A DNA stretch of 56,212 nt from an uncultured Deferribacteres bacterium (GTDB taxonomy: Bacteria > Zhuqueibacterota > Zhuqueibacteria > Zhuqueibacterales > Geothermadaptataceae). The translations under genes and the position numbers were made by a program. The notes under the pieces were generated by a model. The model made no database searches. It was not told the origin of the DNA and saw only the letters and a program-made list of their open reading frames with translations. Positions 9,370 to 20,310 of this stretch are shown in pieces (within the stretch, counting starts at the first letter, position 1; each line of letters starts with the position of its first letter). The DNA lies in contig CAXHAT010000022.1 of NCBI GenBank assembly GCA_964014485.1, positions 1 through 56,212 on the forward strand, read 5' to 3'.

Positions 9370-11826
9370 ATGCAATGCGTCGAATTGGTATTTGCACTTC
9401 CCCTGGCTCAAAAATTCACCTACAAACTCCCGCCTGACCTTGTCTCGGAAGTTAAGGTTGGCGTTCGGGCTCTGGCGCCGTTCAAGGGGAAAAAGCTGAC
9501 TGGCTTTATCACCAATGCATCAGCGCAACCGCCTGAAAACATCAAGCTTAAGACGATAGTTGACGTTTTGGACGACGGGCCGGTTTTTTCGGATGAGTTG
9601 CTTAATTTAGCAGAATGGATCGCCGATTATTATTTATGCGGTCTGGGAGAAGTTTTAAGAGCAATGCTTCCAGCGGGAATTCATCTCGAATCCCAAAAAA
9701 CTTTGCGTTTAATAAATGAAGATTTTACTGCGCATTTGCTGTCGCTCGATGAAATAAATGAAAAAATATTGAGCCTGCTGCGCCATGGGAAGCAGGTTCG
9801 TATAGATCAGCTTGAAAGAAAATTCGGTTCCCAGGGCTTTGATCGCAGAATAACGGCATTAAGGAAAGCTGGGCTTGTCGTTATTGAAAAGCCCGTTCTG
9901 GGAAAATCGAGTTATGTGAAGAATGAAAAGTTTGCAAGTCTGGTCGAAGATTATGCAGAAAAGCTTGCCCGGATTAGAGCGACGGCGTCCACCCAAAAGA
10001 AAATTGTTGCTCACCTCTCCGAAGTTGGCGGCACGGCGAGTGTAAAAGACTTGACGAAACATGTCGGCGCCAGTACGTCGGCGATTGCAAAGCTTAAAAG
10101 CTTGGAAATCATTCGAGTCTTTAGCCGAAAGGTTGAGCGGGATTTGTATGGAGACCTTCAAGTAGAGCCGAACCCAAAGCTGATCTTGAACAATGAGCAG
10201 CAAGTGGCTATAGATAATGTCATCGAAGCATTGCAGGACGAAAGCAGTCAAACTTTTCTTGTTCACGGTGTGACTGGCAGCGGTAAAACGCAAATTTATA
10301 TCGAATCAATCCGGCATGCGCTTGCGATGGGCGGAGACGCAATTGTACTCGTGCCGGAAATTTCCCTGACGCCCCAAACGGTTCGTCGTTTTCGCGGCGA
10401 GTTCCAAAAGGACGTCGCGGTTTTGCACAGTCGTATGTCGAAAGGGGAGAGATATGACGCCTGGGCCAGGATCAAGGAAGGGCGCGCGCGCGTTGTCATT
10501 GGGCCCAGATCAGCGATTTTCGCGCCTTTAAAGAATTTGAAATTGATTGTTGTTGATGAAGAACACGAAAACTCCTACAAGCAAGTCGAACCGTCGCCGC
10601 GCTATCATGCCAGGGACGTCGCCGTTGTGCGTGGGAGTTTAAATAACGCCGTTGTTGTTTTGGGAACCGCGACGCCTTCTCTGGAGACTTATGAAAACGT
10701 TTATCGCGGAAAATATAGGCTGATCGAAATCCAAAACAGAATTGATGACATACCGCTTCCGGAAGTCAAGATTCTCAATATGGGACCTGAGCTTCGAGCC
10801 GCCAAAAAAGAAAATCGAGACGTACTGATTTCGCAGTTTTTGGCGCGGAAAATTGAGGAAAAGCTTGCGAGAAAAGAACAAGTTATCATTCTGCAAAATC
10901 GACGCGGCTATTCGACTTCGGTTTTATGTTTAGATTGCGGGTATATTGAAAAATGCCCGGATTGCAATATCAGTATGAGCTACCATTTGCGTGGTTTGCA
11001 GATGCGCTGCCACTATTGTGACAAAGTAACCCGAGCTCCCAAAGCGTGCCCTGATTGTCAGAGCGGAGAAATTCAATTTTACGGAATCGGCACCCAGAAA
11101 GTAGAGGCGCATTTACAAGAGCGTTTTGATGCCGCACGCATTGCCAGGATGGATATTGACACGACGCGCGGTAAAATGAGCCATGACAGAATTCTAGAAA
11201 GTTTTGGGGCGCATCAGTATGATATTCTCGTCGGAACGCAGATGATAGCCAAAGGGCTTGATTTCCCTAAAGTCACATTGGTTGGCGTTATCTCGGCGGA
11301 TACAGGTTTGTACCTGCCGGACTTTCGCGCCGGAGAACGAACGTTTCAACTTTTGACGCAAGTCGCCGGACGAGCAGGGCGAAAAGGCGGGAGAGGGGAA
11401 GTGGTGATTCAAACTTTTTCGCCGGGACATTATTGCCTGGAATTCGCGAGAAAACACGATTTCAAACAATTCTATTATCATGAAGTTGGTGATAGACGAA
11501 ATCTAAAATACCCGCCCTTCGGCAGATTGGCGCTGATACAATTTAAGTCGCGTGATCAGCAGGAAGCGCTTGTTGCGGTTAATGCCATGGCGGAATTGAT
11601 CACGAAGCATGAGCCGTCGTTCGAGATGTTGGGACCGTCACCGGCGCCTTTGGCCAAATTGCAACAATATTATCGCTATCAGATAATCTTGAAAAACAAC
11701 CGTCGATTAGACGCATCGGCGGCAAAGATGCGCGCAGCAATCAAACAAGCCGCCGATGCCTTTCACAGTTCAAAATTGCGGCACGTTAAAATGGTGATTG
11801 ACATTGATCCGGTGACGATTTTGTAG
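9370..11826 (+). CDS. priA: Primosomal protein N' (replication restart helicase)
   Basis: GVTGSGKT, LVPEISLTPQ, DEEHE, four CxxC pairs, GTQMIAKGLDFP, QVAGRAGR. Confidence 0.97.
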   Translation: MQCVELVFALPLAQKFTYKLPPDLVSEVKVGVRALAPFKGKKLTGFITNASAQPPENIKLKTIVDVLDDGPVFSDELLNLAEWIADYYLCGLGEVLRAMLPAGIHLESQKTLRLINEDFTAHLLSLDEINEKILSLLRHGKQVRIDQLERKFGSQGFDRRITALRKAGLVVIEKPVLGKSSYVKNEKFASLVEDYAEKLARIRATASTQKKIVAHLSEVGGTASVKDLTKHVGASTSAIAKLKSLEIIRVFSRKVERDLYGDLQVEPNPKLILNNEQQVAIDNVIEALQDESSQTFLVHGVTGSGKTQIYIESIRHALAMGGDAIVLVPEISLTPQTVRRFRGEFQKDVAVLHSRMSKGERYDAWARIKEGRARVVIGPRSAIFAPLKNLKLIVVDEEHENSYKQVEPSPRYHARDVAVVRGSLNNAVVVLGTATPSLETYENVYRGKYRLIEIQNRIDDIPLPEVKILNMGPELRAAKKENRDVLISQFLARKIEEKLARKEQVIILQNRRGYSTSVLCLDCGYIEKCPDCNISMSYHLRGLQMRCHYCDKVTRAPKACPDCQSGEIQFYGIGTQKVEAHLQERFDAARIARMDIDTTRGKMSHDRILESFGAHQYDILVGTQMIAKGLDFPKVTLVGVISADTGLYLPDFRAGERTFQLLTQVAGRAGRKGGRGEVVIQTFSPGHYCLEFARKHDFKQFYYHEVGDRRNLKYPPFGRLALIQFKSRDQQEALVAVNAMAELITKHEPSFEMLGPSPAPLAKLQQYYRYQIILKNNRRLDASAAKMRAAIKQAADAFHSSKLRHVKMVIDIDPVTIL

Positions 11827-11956
11827 GTCTGGCGCTTTTCACAGACCGCTTTCGGGATATGAGTAACGTTGACGTCTTTATTGTTATCTCAAGCTTAAGA
11901 TTTTCAAAAATTTGCGACAACCGCGCCTTCGTTGGCCGCGTCGAATGAAAATCTGC

Positions 11957-11985
11957 TTGCGAACAGAAGCGCGATGCGCTATATT
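11957..11985 (+). promoter_or_regulatory. Putative sigma70 promoter of the phosphoesterase-mglBA operon
   Basis: TTGCGA-N17-TATATT, 36 nt before ATG 12022. Confidence 0.5.
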
Positions 11986-12021
11986 CGATTTATTTGCGAT
12001 GAACAGGAGAATCTAAGTTTA

Positions 12022-12750
12022 ATGAAGTATGGCCTGATCTCGGATATACATGGAAATCTTGAAGCGCTAGAGGCTGTCTTCAGAGAGCTGGATAAAGCAT
12101 CCGTGGATCGCATTTTTTGTTTGGGGGACGTCGTCGGCTACGGGCCGAATCCCTCAGAGTGTCTGACGTTGGTGAGAGAACGCGCCAGTGTCACTCTTGC
12201 CGGAAATCATGACCATGCGCCGCTGGGCCTGGTGGATATTTCATATTTTAACACCTATGCAAAACGCGCCGTTGAGTGGACGGCTTCTCGACTCTCAGAA
12301 GAAGAACGAGAATTCCTCGGCAATTGCCCGCTGGAGCATAAGACGGAAGTTTTTGATATTGTACATTCAACGCCTCTCAATCCTTCTGCCTGGGAATACA
12401 TCCTTTCCATTGAAGACGCCGCTGAAAACTTTCCCGCTTTTGAATCAATCTGCTGTTTTATTGGGCATTCTCACGTTCCCGTGACTATAATGAAAAATGA
12501 ATCTGACCATGTCTCGGTGAAAAGAATAAGTCGCGTGGAGCTCGACAGGAAAAAAAAATATATAATAAATATTGGCAGCGTTGGGCAGCCTCGAGACCTC
12601 GATCCCAGAGCCGCTTTTGCCGTATTTGACGACGAAACGCTGAAATATGAGTTGTTCCGCGTAAACTACGATATTGGCAAAACGCAGAGAAAGATTTTGG
12701 ACGGCGGGTTGCCAAGATTTTTGGCGGAAAGATTGGCCTTGGGGCAATAA
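12022..12750 (+). CDS. Calcineurin-like metallophosphoesterase
   Basis: SDIHGN, LGDVVGYG, GNHD, GHSH, NIGSVGQPRD; start at MKYGLISD. Confidence 0.92.
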   Translation: MKYGLISDIHGNLEALEAVFRELDKASVDRIFCLGDVVGYGPNPSECLTLVRERASVTLAGNHDHAPLGLVDISYFNTYAKRAVEWTASRLSEEEREFLGNCPLEHKTEVFDIVHSTPLNPSAWEYILSIEDAAENFPAFESICCFIGHSHVPVTIMKNESDHVSVKRISRVELDRKKKYIINIGSVGQPRDLDPRAAFAVFDDETLKYELFRVNYDIGKTQRKILDGGLPRFLAERLALGQ

Positions 12751-12801
12751 TTCGGTCAGCAAATGGTACGTTCAGACAAAAATTACCGGAGGGTGAAATA
12801 A

Positions 12802-13320
12802 GTGGAATTGGCGGCGCGAACACCAAAGCCTCAATTTATGCTCAGCACGAGCGTTTTCAATAGGGTCAACGAAATCCTGAAAGACCTAGAACGCTCCACC
12901 CGAGCTGAGCTCGCAATATTCAGCGAATACAGCGGTATTCCCATTACACAGGTCGGCAAGCACAATGTCATGGACATTGGAGATTTCTCTTCGGTGGCGG
13001 CGGGCAACTATGCGGCGACGCGGGAAATGGCAAAAATGCTGGGTGAAGAGAGCGCTTTTCGGTTTTTGTATCTGGAAGGCGATAACAAGAACATTTATCT
13101 GTGTAATATTGGGTACGACTTTCTATTAACTATAATTTTTGCAAAATCCGTCGCGCTCGGCATGGTGCGGATTTACGCCAATAAAGCCGTCAGGCAACTC
13201 AATGACTTGCTCGATCAGGCGAATGAACAAGAAGACCAGGTTGAAGAAAGCATCATTGACAATGAGTTCAATCTTCTTTTGGGGGACGCTCTTGATTCGT
13301 CCTTTAACCGCGCCGAATAA
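12802..13320 (+). CDS. mglB: Roadblock/LC7 protein, MglB-like GAP
   Basis: AAGNYAATREMAKMLGE and ALGMVR resemble MglB; acidic C-terminal helix; directly upstream of mglA; GTG start with GGAGG RBS. Confidence 0.82.
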   Translation: MELAARTPKPQFMLSTSVFNRVNEILKDLERSTRAELAIFSEYSGIPITQVGKHNVMDIGDFSSVAAGNYAATREMAKMLGEESAFRFLYLEGDNKNIYLCNIGYDFLLTIIFAKSVALGMVRIYANKAVRQLNDLLDQANEQEDQVEESIIDNEFNLLLGDALDSSFNRAE

Positions 13321-13331
13321 ACGAAAATACC

Positions 13332-13916
13332 ATGTTTATCAATTGGGCGCAAAAAGAGCTCAATCTTAAAATCGTCTATTGCGGGCCTGGGCTGAGCGGC
13401 AAAACGACGAACCTTGAGCAGATTTACAAACAAATTGACCCGGCGATGCGCGGCGAGTTGGTGATGCTCAAAACTCGCGAAGAACGAACATTGTATTTCG
13501 ACTTCTTGCGTCTGGAACTGGGAAGGATCAAAGGGCTGCGACCAAAATTCAACCTTTACACTGTTCCGGGGCAAGTCTATTACGCCCAGAGCCGGAGAAT
13601 AATTTTGCGCGGCGTAGACGGCGTCGTCTTCGTTGCGGACTCGCAGGAATCACGGATGATGGAAAACCTGGATTCTCTGCTTGACTTGGAAGAAAACCTG
13701 ATTGAAGCCGGGAGAACGCTGGATGCGTTTCCCTGGGTGCTTCAATATAACAAACGCGATTTGCATGACGCCATGCGACGCGAAGAAATGGATCAAAAAC
13801 TGAATTTTCTGAAAGCGCCTATCGTCGAAGCTGTAGCCACCGAAGGAGAAGGCGTTTTCGATAGTTTGAAGCTTGTGATCAATCGTGTCATAGGACATGT
13901 TCAGCAAGTTATATAG
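13332..13916 (+). CDS. mglA: MglA-family small Ras-like GTPase
   Basis: KIVYCGPGLSGKTTN, ERTLYFDF (intrinsic Arg), LYTVPGQ (catalytic Gln), NKRD. Confidence 0.93.
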   Translation: MFINWAQKELNLKIVYCGPGLSGKTTNLEQIYKQIDPAMRGELVMLKTREERTLYFDFLRLELGRIKGLRPKFNLYTVPGQVYYAQSRRIILRGVDGVVFVADSQESRMMENLDSLLDLEENLIEAGRTLDAFPWVLQYNKRDLHDAMRREEMDQKLNFLKAPIVEAVATEGEGVFDSLKLVINRVIGHVQQVI

Positions 13917-13927
13917 GACAACGCATC

Positions 13928-14311
13928 ATGAAGCAACACCTCGCGCCGCAAGCGCTTATTGAAAAAAAGATTAGGCAGATAATCGAGTTCGGTAACTATG
14001 AAGCGGCGTATCTCTTTTCTAGAGAAGGGCTGCCCATTGCTCACGCCGTAACCAGCGGCGATGTCGACGCCGACCGCTTGGCGGAATTATCGCTCATGTT
14101 TCAAGAGATTCAACGAGTGACGAATTCCTTGGGCGGAATTGATGAATTGAAAGAAGTTTTTGTTGAGGGAAAGAACCAGCGCAAAGTCATTTTTCGCTTT
14201 TTTGAAGCGTTTGGCGAGGACGTTGTACTCGCCGTTGTCATCCCGCCGAGGAAGACCTACCGCAAACACACAAACGATTTACAGCGATTGATTCTGGGAA
14301 TTGAATTGTAG
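13928..14311 (+). CDS. Second Roadblock/LC7-domain protein
   Basis: 127 aa; AAYLFSREGLPIA pattern and the alpha-beta-beta-alpha-beta-beta-beta-alpha layout typical of roadblock folds. Confidence 0.65.
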   Translation: MKQHLAPQALIEKKIRQIIEFGNYEAAYLFSREGLPIAHAVTSGDVDADRLAELSLMFQEIQRVTNSLGGIDELKEVFVEGKNQRKVIFRFFEAFGEDVVLAVVIPPRKTYRKHTNDLQRLILGIEL

Positions 14312-14398
14312 AATTTCGCCTCAAAAATTGTCAGAAAAATTCCATTTTTACGAGCTTGATTTTTGGGAATCCAACGGAAGTTTTCTACTAAAGTGTGG

Positions 14399-14427
14399 TT
14401 GACATTCAAAACCTTATTTGATATATT
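14399..14427 (+). promoter_or_regulatory. Sigma70 promoter of tRNA-Leu
   Basis: TTGACA-N17-TATATT ending 9 nt before the tRNA. Confidence 0.75.
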
Positions 14428-14436
14428 CACGCGCTT

Positions 14437-14520
14437 GCGAGGGTGGCGAAATTGGTAGACGCGCTAGATTTAGGATCTAGTGTCCTTACGGATGTGGGGG
14501 TTCGAGTCCCCCCTCTCGCA
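14437..14520 (+). tRNA. tRNA-Leu (anticodon TAG)
   Basis: Acceptor stem gcgaggg/ctctcgc, anticodon arm ctaga-ttTAGga-tctag, long variable arm, GGTTCGAGTCC T-arm; CCA not encoded. Confidence 0.97.
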
Positions 14521-14620
14521 TTCCCTGAAAATGAGCAAGCGAATTTTGGCGGGCTTTAATGAAGCCCGCTTGTATTTTGGGGAAGTCAATGGTTTTAATT
14601 TAAGTGTTTGAGGAGCGGCG

Positions 14621-15937
14621 TTGGAAGTCACTGTTCGAGAAGAGCCGAATTGGCAAAGAGTCGTCGATGTTGTTGCGACCCAAGAAGATTTAAGCCCGAA
14701 GTTTGAAAAAGCGTATCGTGAATTTCGCAAGAAAGCGAAAATCGAGGGATTCCGGCGAGGCAAAGTGCCGATTCCAATTATCAAAAAGCTTTATGGATTA
14801 TCCATTCAAGCTGATGTTGTTGAGAAAATCCTGCCTGAAATTTTTTCCGAAGCAAGAAAACAAGAAAACCTGAAAACTGTCATTCCAGCGAAAGTTCAGA
14901 AAGTGAACTACCAGCCTGGCCAAGACCTTGAAGTCGAGTTTCTGGTTGAAGTTGAACCTGAGTTTGAGCTGAAGAAGATCGAGGGTTTTAAATTCGAAAA
15001 GCGCGTCTACGAAGTTGACGACAAGGATGTAAATGACGCTCTGGAGAATGTTCGTCGACAGCATGCGGCTTGGCAATCCTCGGACGAACCCGTCAACGAG
15101 CAGGATTTTATAAGAATTGATTTGCAGCAAGTCGATGCCGGCGGTTTGCCCGTTGTCGGCAATCGGTACGAAGATCAACTCGTGCAAGTCGTGTCTGATT
15201 CCGGCGAAATGAGCGAGATTGGGCGACAATTGCTCGGTGCGAGCGTAGACGATAAAAGAATAATTTCTTTGACGCCGGAACAATCCGAGGGCGATGACGG
15301 CCCCGTTGAGCCGATAAAGTTTGACGCCACAGTCAAAGAAGTTAAAAAACGAATTTTGCCTGAAGTTGACGACGATTTAGCCAAGGACACGGGGCAGTTC
15401 GAAACGCTCGAAGAACTGAAAGACGCTTTGACTGAAAACGTGCAGGGATCATATCAAAAAGAGTTTGATGATATCTTTCAGCACATGGTGATCGACGAGC
15501 TTTTGAAAAACAATCCCATCGATGTTCCTGGGGGCATGGTGGATTTGTACGTTGATGTTTTCGTCGATAATCTCAAAAAATCTTCCGAAGCAGAAAACAG
15601 AGAATTTGATGAAACGACGATTCGTGAAGAGTATCGTCCCCGTGCAATTTGGAATATCAAATGGCAGCTCATTCAAAAGAAACTACAGGATGAGAATGAC
15701 ATCTCCGTAGGCAGTGATGAGATTCAAAAGTGGGTGGAAGACACTGTTGCGAAAAGCAACGGAGATGCTCGCAGGGCTTGGAACCGGATCAAAAACGACT
15801 CTGGTCAGATGGAGCAAATTCATAACAAATTGCTGGAAGAAAAGACCTTGGATTTTCTTTACGAAAAGCAAAAAATCAAAGAGAAGAAGTTTACCCGTAA
15901 AGATTTGGAAAAGAAAAAATCACTATTAGCTCAATAG
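14621..15937 (+). CDS. tig: Trigger factor
   Basis: GFRRGKVP ribosome-binding signature; tRNA-Leu-tig-clpP-clpX context; TTG start with GAGGAG RBS. Confidence 0.95.
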   Translation: MEVTVREEPNWQRVVDVVATQEDLSPKFEKAYREFRKKAKIEGFRRGKVPIPIIKKLYGLSIQADVVEKILPEIFSEARKQENLKTVIPAKVQKVNYQPGQDLEVEFLVEVEPEFELKKIEGFKFEKRVYEVDDKDVNDALENVRRQHAAWQSSDEPVNEQDFIRIDLQQVDAGGLPVVGNRYEDQLVQVVSDSGEMSEIGRQLLGASVDDKRIISLTPEQSEGDDGPVEPIKFDATVKEVKKRILPEVDDDLAKDTGQFETLEELKDALTENVQGSYQKEFDDIFQHMVIDELLKNNPIDVPGGMVDLYVDVFVDNLKKSSEAENREFDETTIREEYRPRAIWNIKWQLIQKKLQDENDISVGSDEIQKWVEDTVAKSNGDARRAWNRIKNDSGQMEQIHNKLLEEKTLDFLYEKQKIKEKKFTRKDLEKKKSLLAQ

Positions 15938-15957
15938 GAACATAAAAAGGCGGACAA

Positions 15958-16551
15958 ATGAGTTTTTCAATGCCATACGTGGTCGAGCAGACCGGAAGAG
16001 GCGAACGCGCTTACGATATATTTTCCCGCTTGTTGAAAGAACGAATCGTTTTTATCGGCACGGGCATCGACGATACAGTTGCTAGTTTGGTTATCGCACA
16101 ATTGCTCTTTTTGGATGCGGAAGACCCAGACAAAGACATTTCAATGTACATAAATTCTCCAGGCGGATACATTTCGTCCGGTTTGGCGATTTATGATACG
16201 ATGCGTTATGTAAAATCAGACGTGATCACGTATTGCGTCGGTCACGCCGCAAGCATGGCGGCGATCTTATTGGCTGCGGGCAAAAAGGGCAAGCGCTTCG
16301 CATTGCCTCACTCTCGCGTTATGATTCACCAGCCGTACGGCGGAGCCAGAGGCCAGGCCAGCGACATCGAAATTGAAGCTGAAGAAATTTTGGCCCTGAA
16401 AGGCAGGATTAACGAAATTCTGCATGATCGCACTGGACAAAACATTGAACAGATCGAAAGAGATTCTGAACGCAACTACTACATGTCGGCTGACGAAGCG
16501 AAAAACTACGGCTTGATCGACGATGTTTTAGTGCGAGGCAATAACAAATAA
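15958..16551 (+). CDS. clpP: ATP-dependent Clp protease proteolytic subunit
   Basis: [29 protein letters not shown]. Confidence 0.98.
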   Translation: MSFSMPYVVEQTGRGERAYDIFSRLLKERIVFIGTGIDDTVASLVIAQLLFLDAEDPDKDISMYINSPGGYISSGLAIYDTMRYVKSDVITYCVGHAASMAAILLAAGKKGKRFALPHSRVMIHQPYGGARGQASDIEIEAEEILALKGRINEILHDRTGQNIEQIERDSERNYYMSADEAKNYGLIDDVLVRGNNK

Positions 16552-16563
16552 GTAAAGCGGATT

Positions 16564-17811
16564 ATGGCGGAGCAGAACAAACGAGATCGACTCTTTATTT
16601 GCAGTTTTTGCAAGAAAAATTCTAACCAGGTGGATTGCATTGTCACCGGGCCGGAAGTTTACATTTGCAATGAATGCGTGCGCAGTGCGAGTGAAATCAT
16701 TCGAGATGATATTCAAAAACGCTCTGTGCCGTTTTACGGCAGAATCCCCACACCTGCTGAAATAAAGCAAGAGCTCGACGATTACGTCATTGGGCAAGAA
16801 CGCGCCAAGAAATCGTTATCCGTCGCCGTTTATAATCATTACAAACGGATTGACAGTTTCGATCCTTTTGAAGACGTCGAGCTGGAAAAAAGCAATATTT
16901 TGCTCGTCGGGCCGACCGGCACTGGGAAAACCTTGCTTGCGCAAACGCTTGCGAGATTTCTGCAAGTGCCGTTTACAATCGCTGACGCAACGACGTTGAC
17001 CGAAGCCGGATACGTGGGAGATGACGTCGAGAACATCCTCGTCAGGCTTTTACAGGCGGCGGATTATGATTTGGAGCGCGCTGAAAAGGGGATTATTTAC
17101 ATCGACGAAATTGACAAAGTGGCCCGCAAAGACGGCAACCCCAGCATAACGCGAGACGTTTCCGGCGAAGGCGTGCAGCAGGGTTTGCTCAAACTGCTCG
17201 AAGGCACCTCAGCTTCTGTGCCGCCAAAAGGCGGACGAAAGCACCCTGAGCAAAACCTCATCAATATCAACACCAAGAATATTCTCTTCATTTGCGGCGG
17301 CGCTTTTGAAGGGCTCGATCGTGTGATCTCCGCACGAATGGACAAAAAAGTCATAGGCTTCGGCTCTGAGGCAAAACCGCGCAAGACCGGAAGAATTGGC
17401 TCGCTTTTTAGCGAAGTCCAGCCGGACGATCTGCTGCGCTACGGTCTGATCCCGGAAATTATTGGCAGACTGCCCGTAACGACTACTTTGGACGAGCTTG
17501 ATGAAGAAGCGCTTAAAACGATCCTGCTCGCGCCCAAGAATGCTTTAACCAAACAGTTCAAGCGTCTTCTGCACATGGACGGCGTGCATCTTGAATTCGA
17601 CCCGGGCGCTGTGAAGGCCATTGTGGAGATTGCGGTGAGTCGAGGTACGGGCGCAAGAGCCTTACGCGCTGTTATGGAAGAATTCATGCTCGATGTTATG
17701 TTTACCATTCCGTCAATGCCGGAAGTGAAGAGCTGTCTGATTACCGAAGACGTGGTTCGCAAGGGCGCCGAGCCTGTTTTAACCTATGAAAGCGTTAAGA
17801 AAAGCGCCTAA
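16564..17811 (+). CDS. clpX: Clp protease ATP-binding subunit ClpX
   Basis: CSFC...CNEC zinc finger, [25 protein letters not shown] loop. Confidence 0.98.
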   Translation: MAEQNKRDRLFICSFCKKNSNQVDCIVTGPEVYICNECVRSASEIIRDDIQKRSVPFYGRIPTPAEIKQELDDYVIGQERAKKSLSVAVYNHYKRIDSFDPFEDVELEKSNILLVGPTGTGKTLLAQTLARFLQVPFTIADATTLTEAGYVGDDVENILVRLLQAADYDLERAEKGIIYIDEIDKVARKDGNPSITRDVSGEGVQQGLLKLLEGTSASVPPKGGRKHPEQNLININTKNILFICGGAFEGLDRVISARMDKKVIGFGSEAKPRKTGRIGSLFSEVQPDDLLRYGLIPEIIGRLPVTTTLDELDEEALKTILLAPKNALTKQFKRLLHMDGVHLEFDPGAVKAIVEIAVSRGTGARALRAVMEEFMLDVMFTIPSMPEVKSCLITEDVVRKGAEPVLTYESVKKSA

Positions 17812-17946
17812 TGAATCGTTTGACGTTTTGCAAATTCTCTCTTGCCTTCTAATGCTGTGAGCGCGTTTTATCCTCGATGACCAATTGCAGGCCCGCCGAC
17901 AGTTGTCAAATTCCTTTTAAATCAACCTAATTTCGTATAAGCGTTT

Positions 17947-20304
17947 ATGCCCGAAAAAACCTTTAAGGTCCACCGAGACCAGGAAATCCTTGAAATCAAT
18001 AACCGCATGTCGGTCCTGCCTCTCAAAGACGTTGTTGTCTTCCCATACATGATTTTTCCGCTTCTGGTCGGACGCGAATCTTCCTTGCGCGCGGTTCAGG
18101 AAGCCATGCTGGCGAACAAGATGATTTTCCTGGCGACTCAGAAAGACTTGACGACGGAAAACCCTGACCGCGACGAATTGTTTCGCGTCGGGGTGATCGC
18201 CAGAATCCTGCAAATTTTAAAGCTGCCCAACGGGCTGATGAAGGTGCTCGTCGAGGGGCTTGTGCGCGGTAAGATTCGCCGATTTCTTCCGCCCTCGGAT
18301 CATTTTCAGGGATTTGTCGAAGTCTATTCCGATGTTCATGAACACGGCATGGAGTCGGCGGCGATTATGCGCAAAGCAAGGAAGCTGTTTCACGATTACG
18401 TGCAGGCCAACGCAAACATTCCTGACGAAGTCTTGTTGCAACTGGAAGGGATGAGAACTCCGGAACAATTGGCTTTTTATATTTCCGCCCATCTGCAGCG
18501 AGAAGTGATTTTGAAGCAAACTTTGCTTGAAGAAAATGACGTCATGGATCAATTGCTGCTCTTGGTCGAATTGCTCGAGTCTGAGAAAGAAATTCTTCAG
18601 CTCGAAAAGAACATCGACGAAAAAGTGCGCGGCCGTATTTCCAAGTCCCAACGATTGTTCTTTCTGCAAGAGCAAATGCGCGTCATCCAGGAAGAGCTTG
18701 GTGAAGAGGCGACGGCGGACAGCGAATTGGGTGCATTGCGGGAGAAAATCGTCCGCTCAAAAATGCCCAAACCGGCGGAGGAAAAAGCGTTCGAAGAATG
18801 GGACAAGCTTAAGTTGATGGCGCCGCTCTCACCGGAATCCACGGTCATTCGCAATTATCTTGATTGGTTGGTTAGCGTGCCTTGGCGAGAAAAGACCAAA
18901 GATCGCCTAAATATCGATCAGGCTCAGAAAATCCTCGATGAGGATCATTACGGCCTGAAAAAGCCGAAAGAACGCATTCTGGAGCATCTCGCCGTTCTCA
19001 AGCTTGTGAAAAAAATGAAGGGTCCCATCTTGTGCCTGGCCGGGCCTCCGGGCGTTGGGAAAACGTCTTTGGGGCGTTCCATCGCGCGCGCAATGGGCAG
19101 AAAATTCGTGCGCATTTCTCTCGGCGGCGTGCGCGACGAAGCGGAGATTCGCGGCCATCGCAGAACATACATCGGATCGATGCCGGGGCGAATCGTGCAA
19201 TCGATGAAGAAGGCGGGCGCGGTCAATCCGGTTTTTCTTTTGGATGAAGTGGATAAAATGAACGCGGATTTTCGGGGCGATCCTTCGTCAGCGTTGCTCG
19301 AAGTGCTCGATCCTGAACAAAACGTGGCGTTCAATGATCATTATCTGGAAGTCGACTACGATTTGTCGCAGGTGCTTTTTGTCACCACAGCCAACGTGCG
19401 CTCGCAAATCCCCGAGCCGTTGAAAGATCGCATGGAAATCATTGATTTGCCGGGCTATCTTGAGCATGAAAAATACGCCATCGCGCATGACTACCTCATC
19501 CCCAAACTGCTCAAAAACCACGGCTTAAAAAAAGCCGACACAATTTTTACCCGCCCTGCGATCATCAAAATTATTCGTGAATACACCAAGGAAGCCGGCG
19601 TGCGTAATCTTGAGCGAGAACTCGGCTCGATCTGTCGAAAAATCGCAAAATTGAAAGTCGGCGATTCCAAAAAAACACAAAAGTTTCGCGTGACCTCCGC
19701 GCATGTCGAACAATTTCTTGGAGCGCCAAAATACAAATCGAAAAGCCGATTTGTCAGCAACGGCCCGGGTTCAGCGCTTGGCTTGGCCTGGACGCGCTAC
19801 GGCGGTGACATTCTCGAACTAGAAGTCAATGTTCTTGCAGGCAAAGGCGGGTTGACTCTGACCGGCAAGCTCGGCGAGGTCATGAAGGAATCCGCCAAAG
19901 CGGCGCTGAGCTATATTCGCAGCCGAAGCGACTTCTTGAAAATTGATCCGGATTTTTGGAAAGAGAAAGATTTGCATCTGCACATTCCGGAAGGCGCGAT
20001 TTCGAAAGACGGGCCTTCAGCGGGAATTACCATTGCCGTCGCCATGATCTCGGCATTGACCGGAAAATCGGTGAATGAGAACGTAGCGATGACAGGCGAG
20101 ATCACTTTGAGCGGAAAGGTTCTGCCGATTGGCGGACTGAATGAAAAACTCCTGGCGGCCCAAAGGGTTGGCGTAAAAAAAGTTCTCATTCCGCAAGAAA
20201 ACGAACCGGAATTTAAGGAACTTCCGCCTGAGGTTAAAAAAGGTCTCGAAGTTGTTCAAGTCAGCCACATGGATCAGGTACTCCCGCTTACGATTGCCGG
20301 ATAA
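17947..20304 (+). CDS. lon: Lon protease
   Basis: LON N domain, GPPGVGKTS, RGHRRTYIG, KDGPSAG, PIGGLNEK. Confidence 0.98.
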   Translation: MPEKTFKVHRDQEILEINNRMSVLPLKDVVVFPYMIFPLLVGRESSLRAVQEAMLANKMIFLATQKDLTTENPDRDELFRVGVIARILQILKLPNGLMKVLVEGLVRGKIRRFLPPSDHFQGFVEVYSDVHEHGMESAAIMRKARKLFHDYVQANANIPDEVLLQLEGMRTPEQLAFYISAHLQREVILKQTLLEENDVMDQLLLLVELLESEKEILQLEKNIDEKVRGRISKSQRLFFLQEQMRVIQEELGEEATADSELGALREKIVRSKMPKPAEEKAFEEWDKLKLMAPLSPESTVIRNYLDWLVSVPWREKTKDRLNIDQAQKILDEDHYGLKKPKERILEHLAVLKLVKKMKGPILCLAGPPGVGKTSLGRSIARAMGRKFVRISLGGVRDEAEIRGHRRTYIGSMPGRIVQSMKKAGAVNPVFLLDEVDKMNADFRGDPSSALLEVLDPEQNVAFNDHYLEVDYDLSQVLFVTTANVRSQIPEPLKDRMEIIDLPGYLEHEKYAIAHDYLIPKLLKNHGLKKADTIFTRPAIIKIIREYTKEAGVRNLERELGSICRKIAKLKVGDSKKTQKFRVTSAHVEQFLGAPKYKSKSRFVSNGPGSALGLAWTRYGGDILELEVNVLAGKGGLTLTGKLGEVMKESAKAALSYIRSRSDFLKIDPDFWKEKDLHLHIPEGAISKDGPSAGITIAVAMISALTGKSVNENVAMTGEITLSGKVLPIGGLNEKLLAAQRVGVKKVLIPQENEPEFKELPPEVKKGLEVVQVSHMDQVLPLTIAG

Positions 20305-20310
20305 ATTTTC

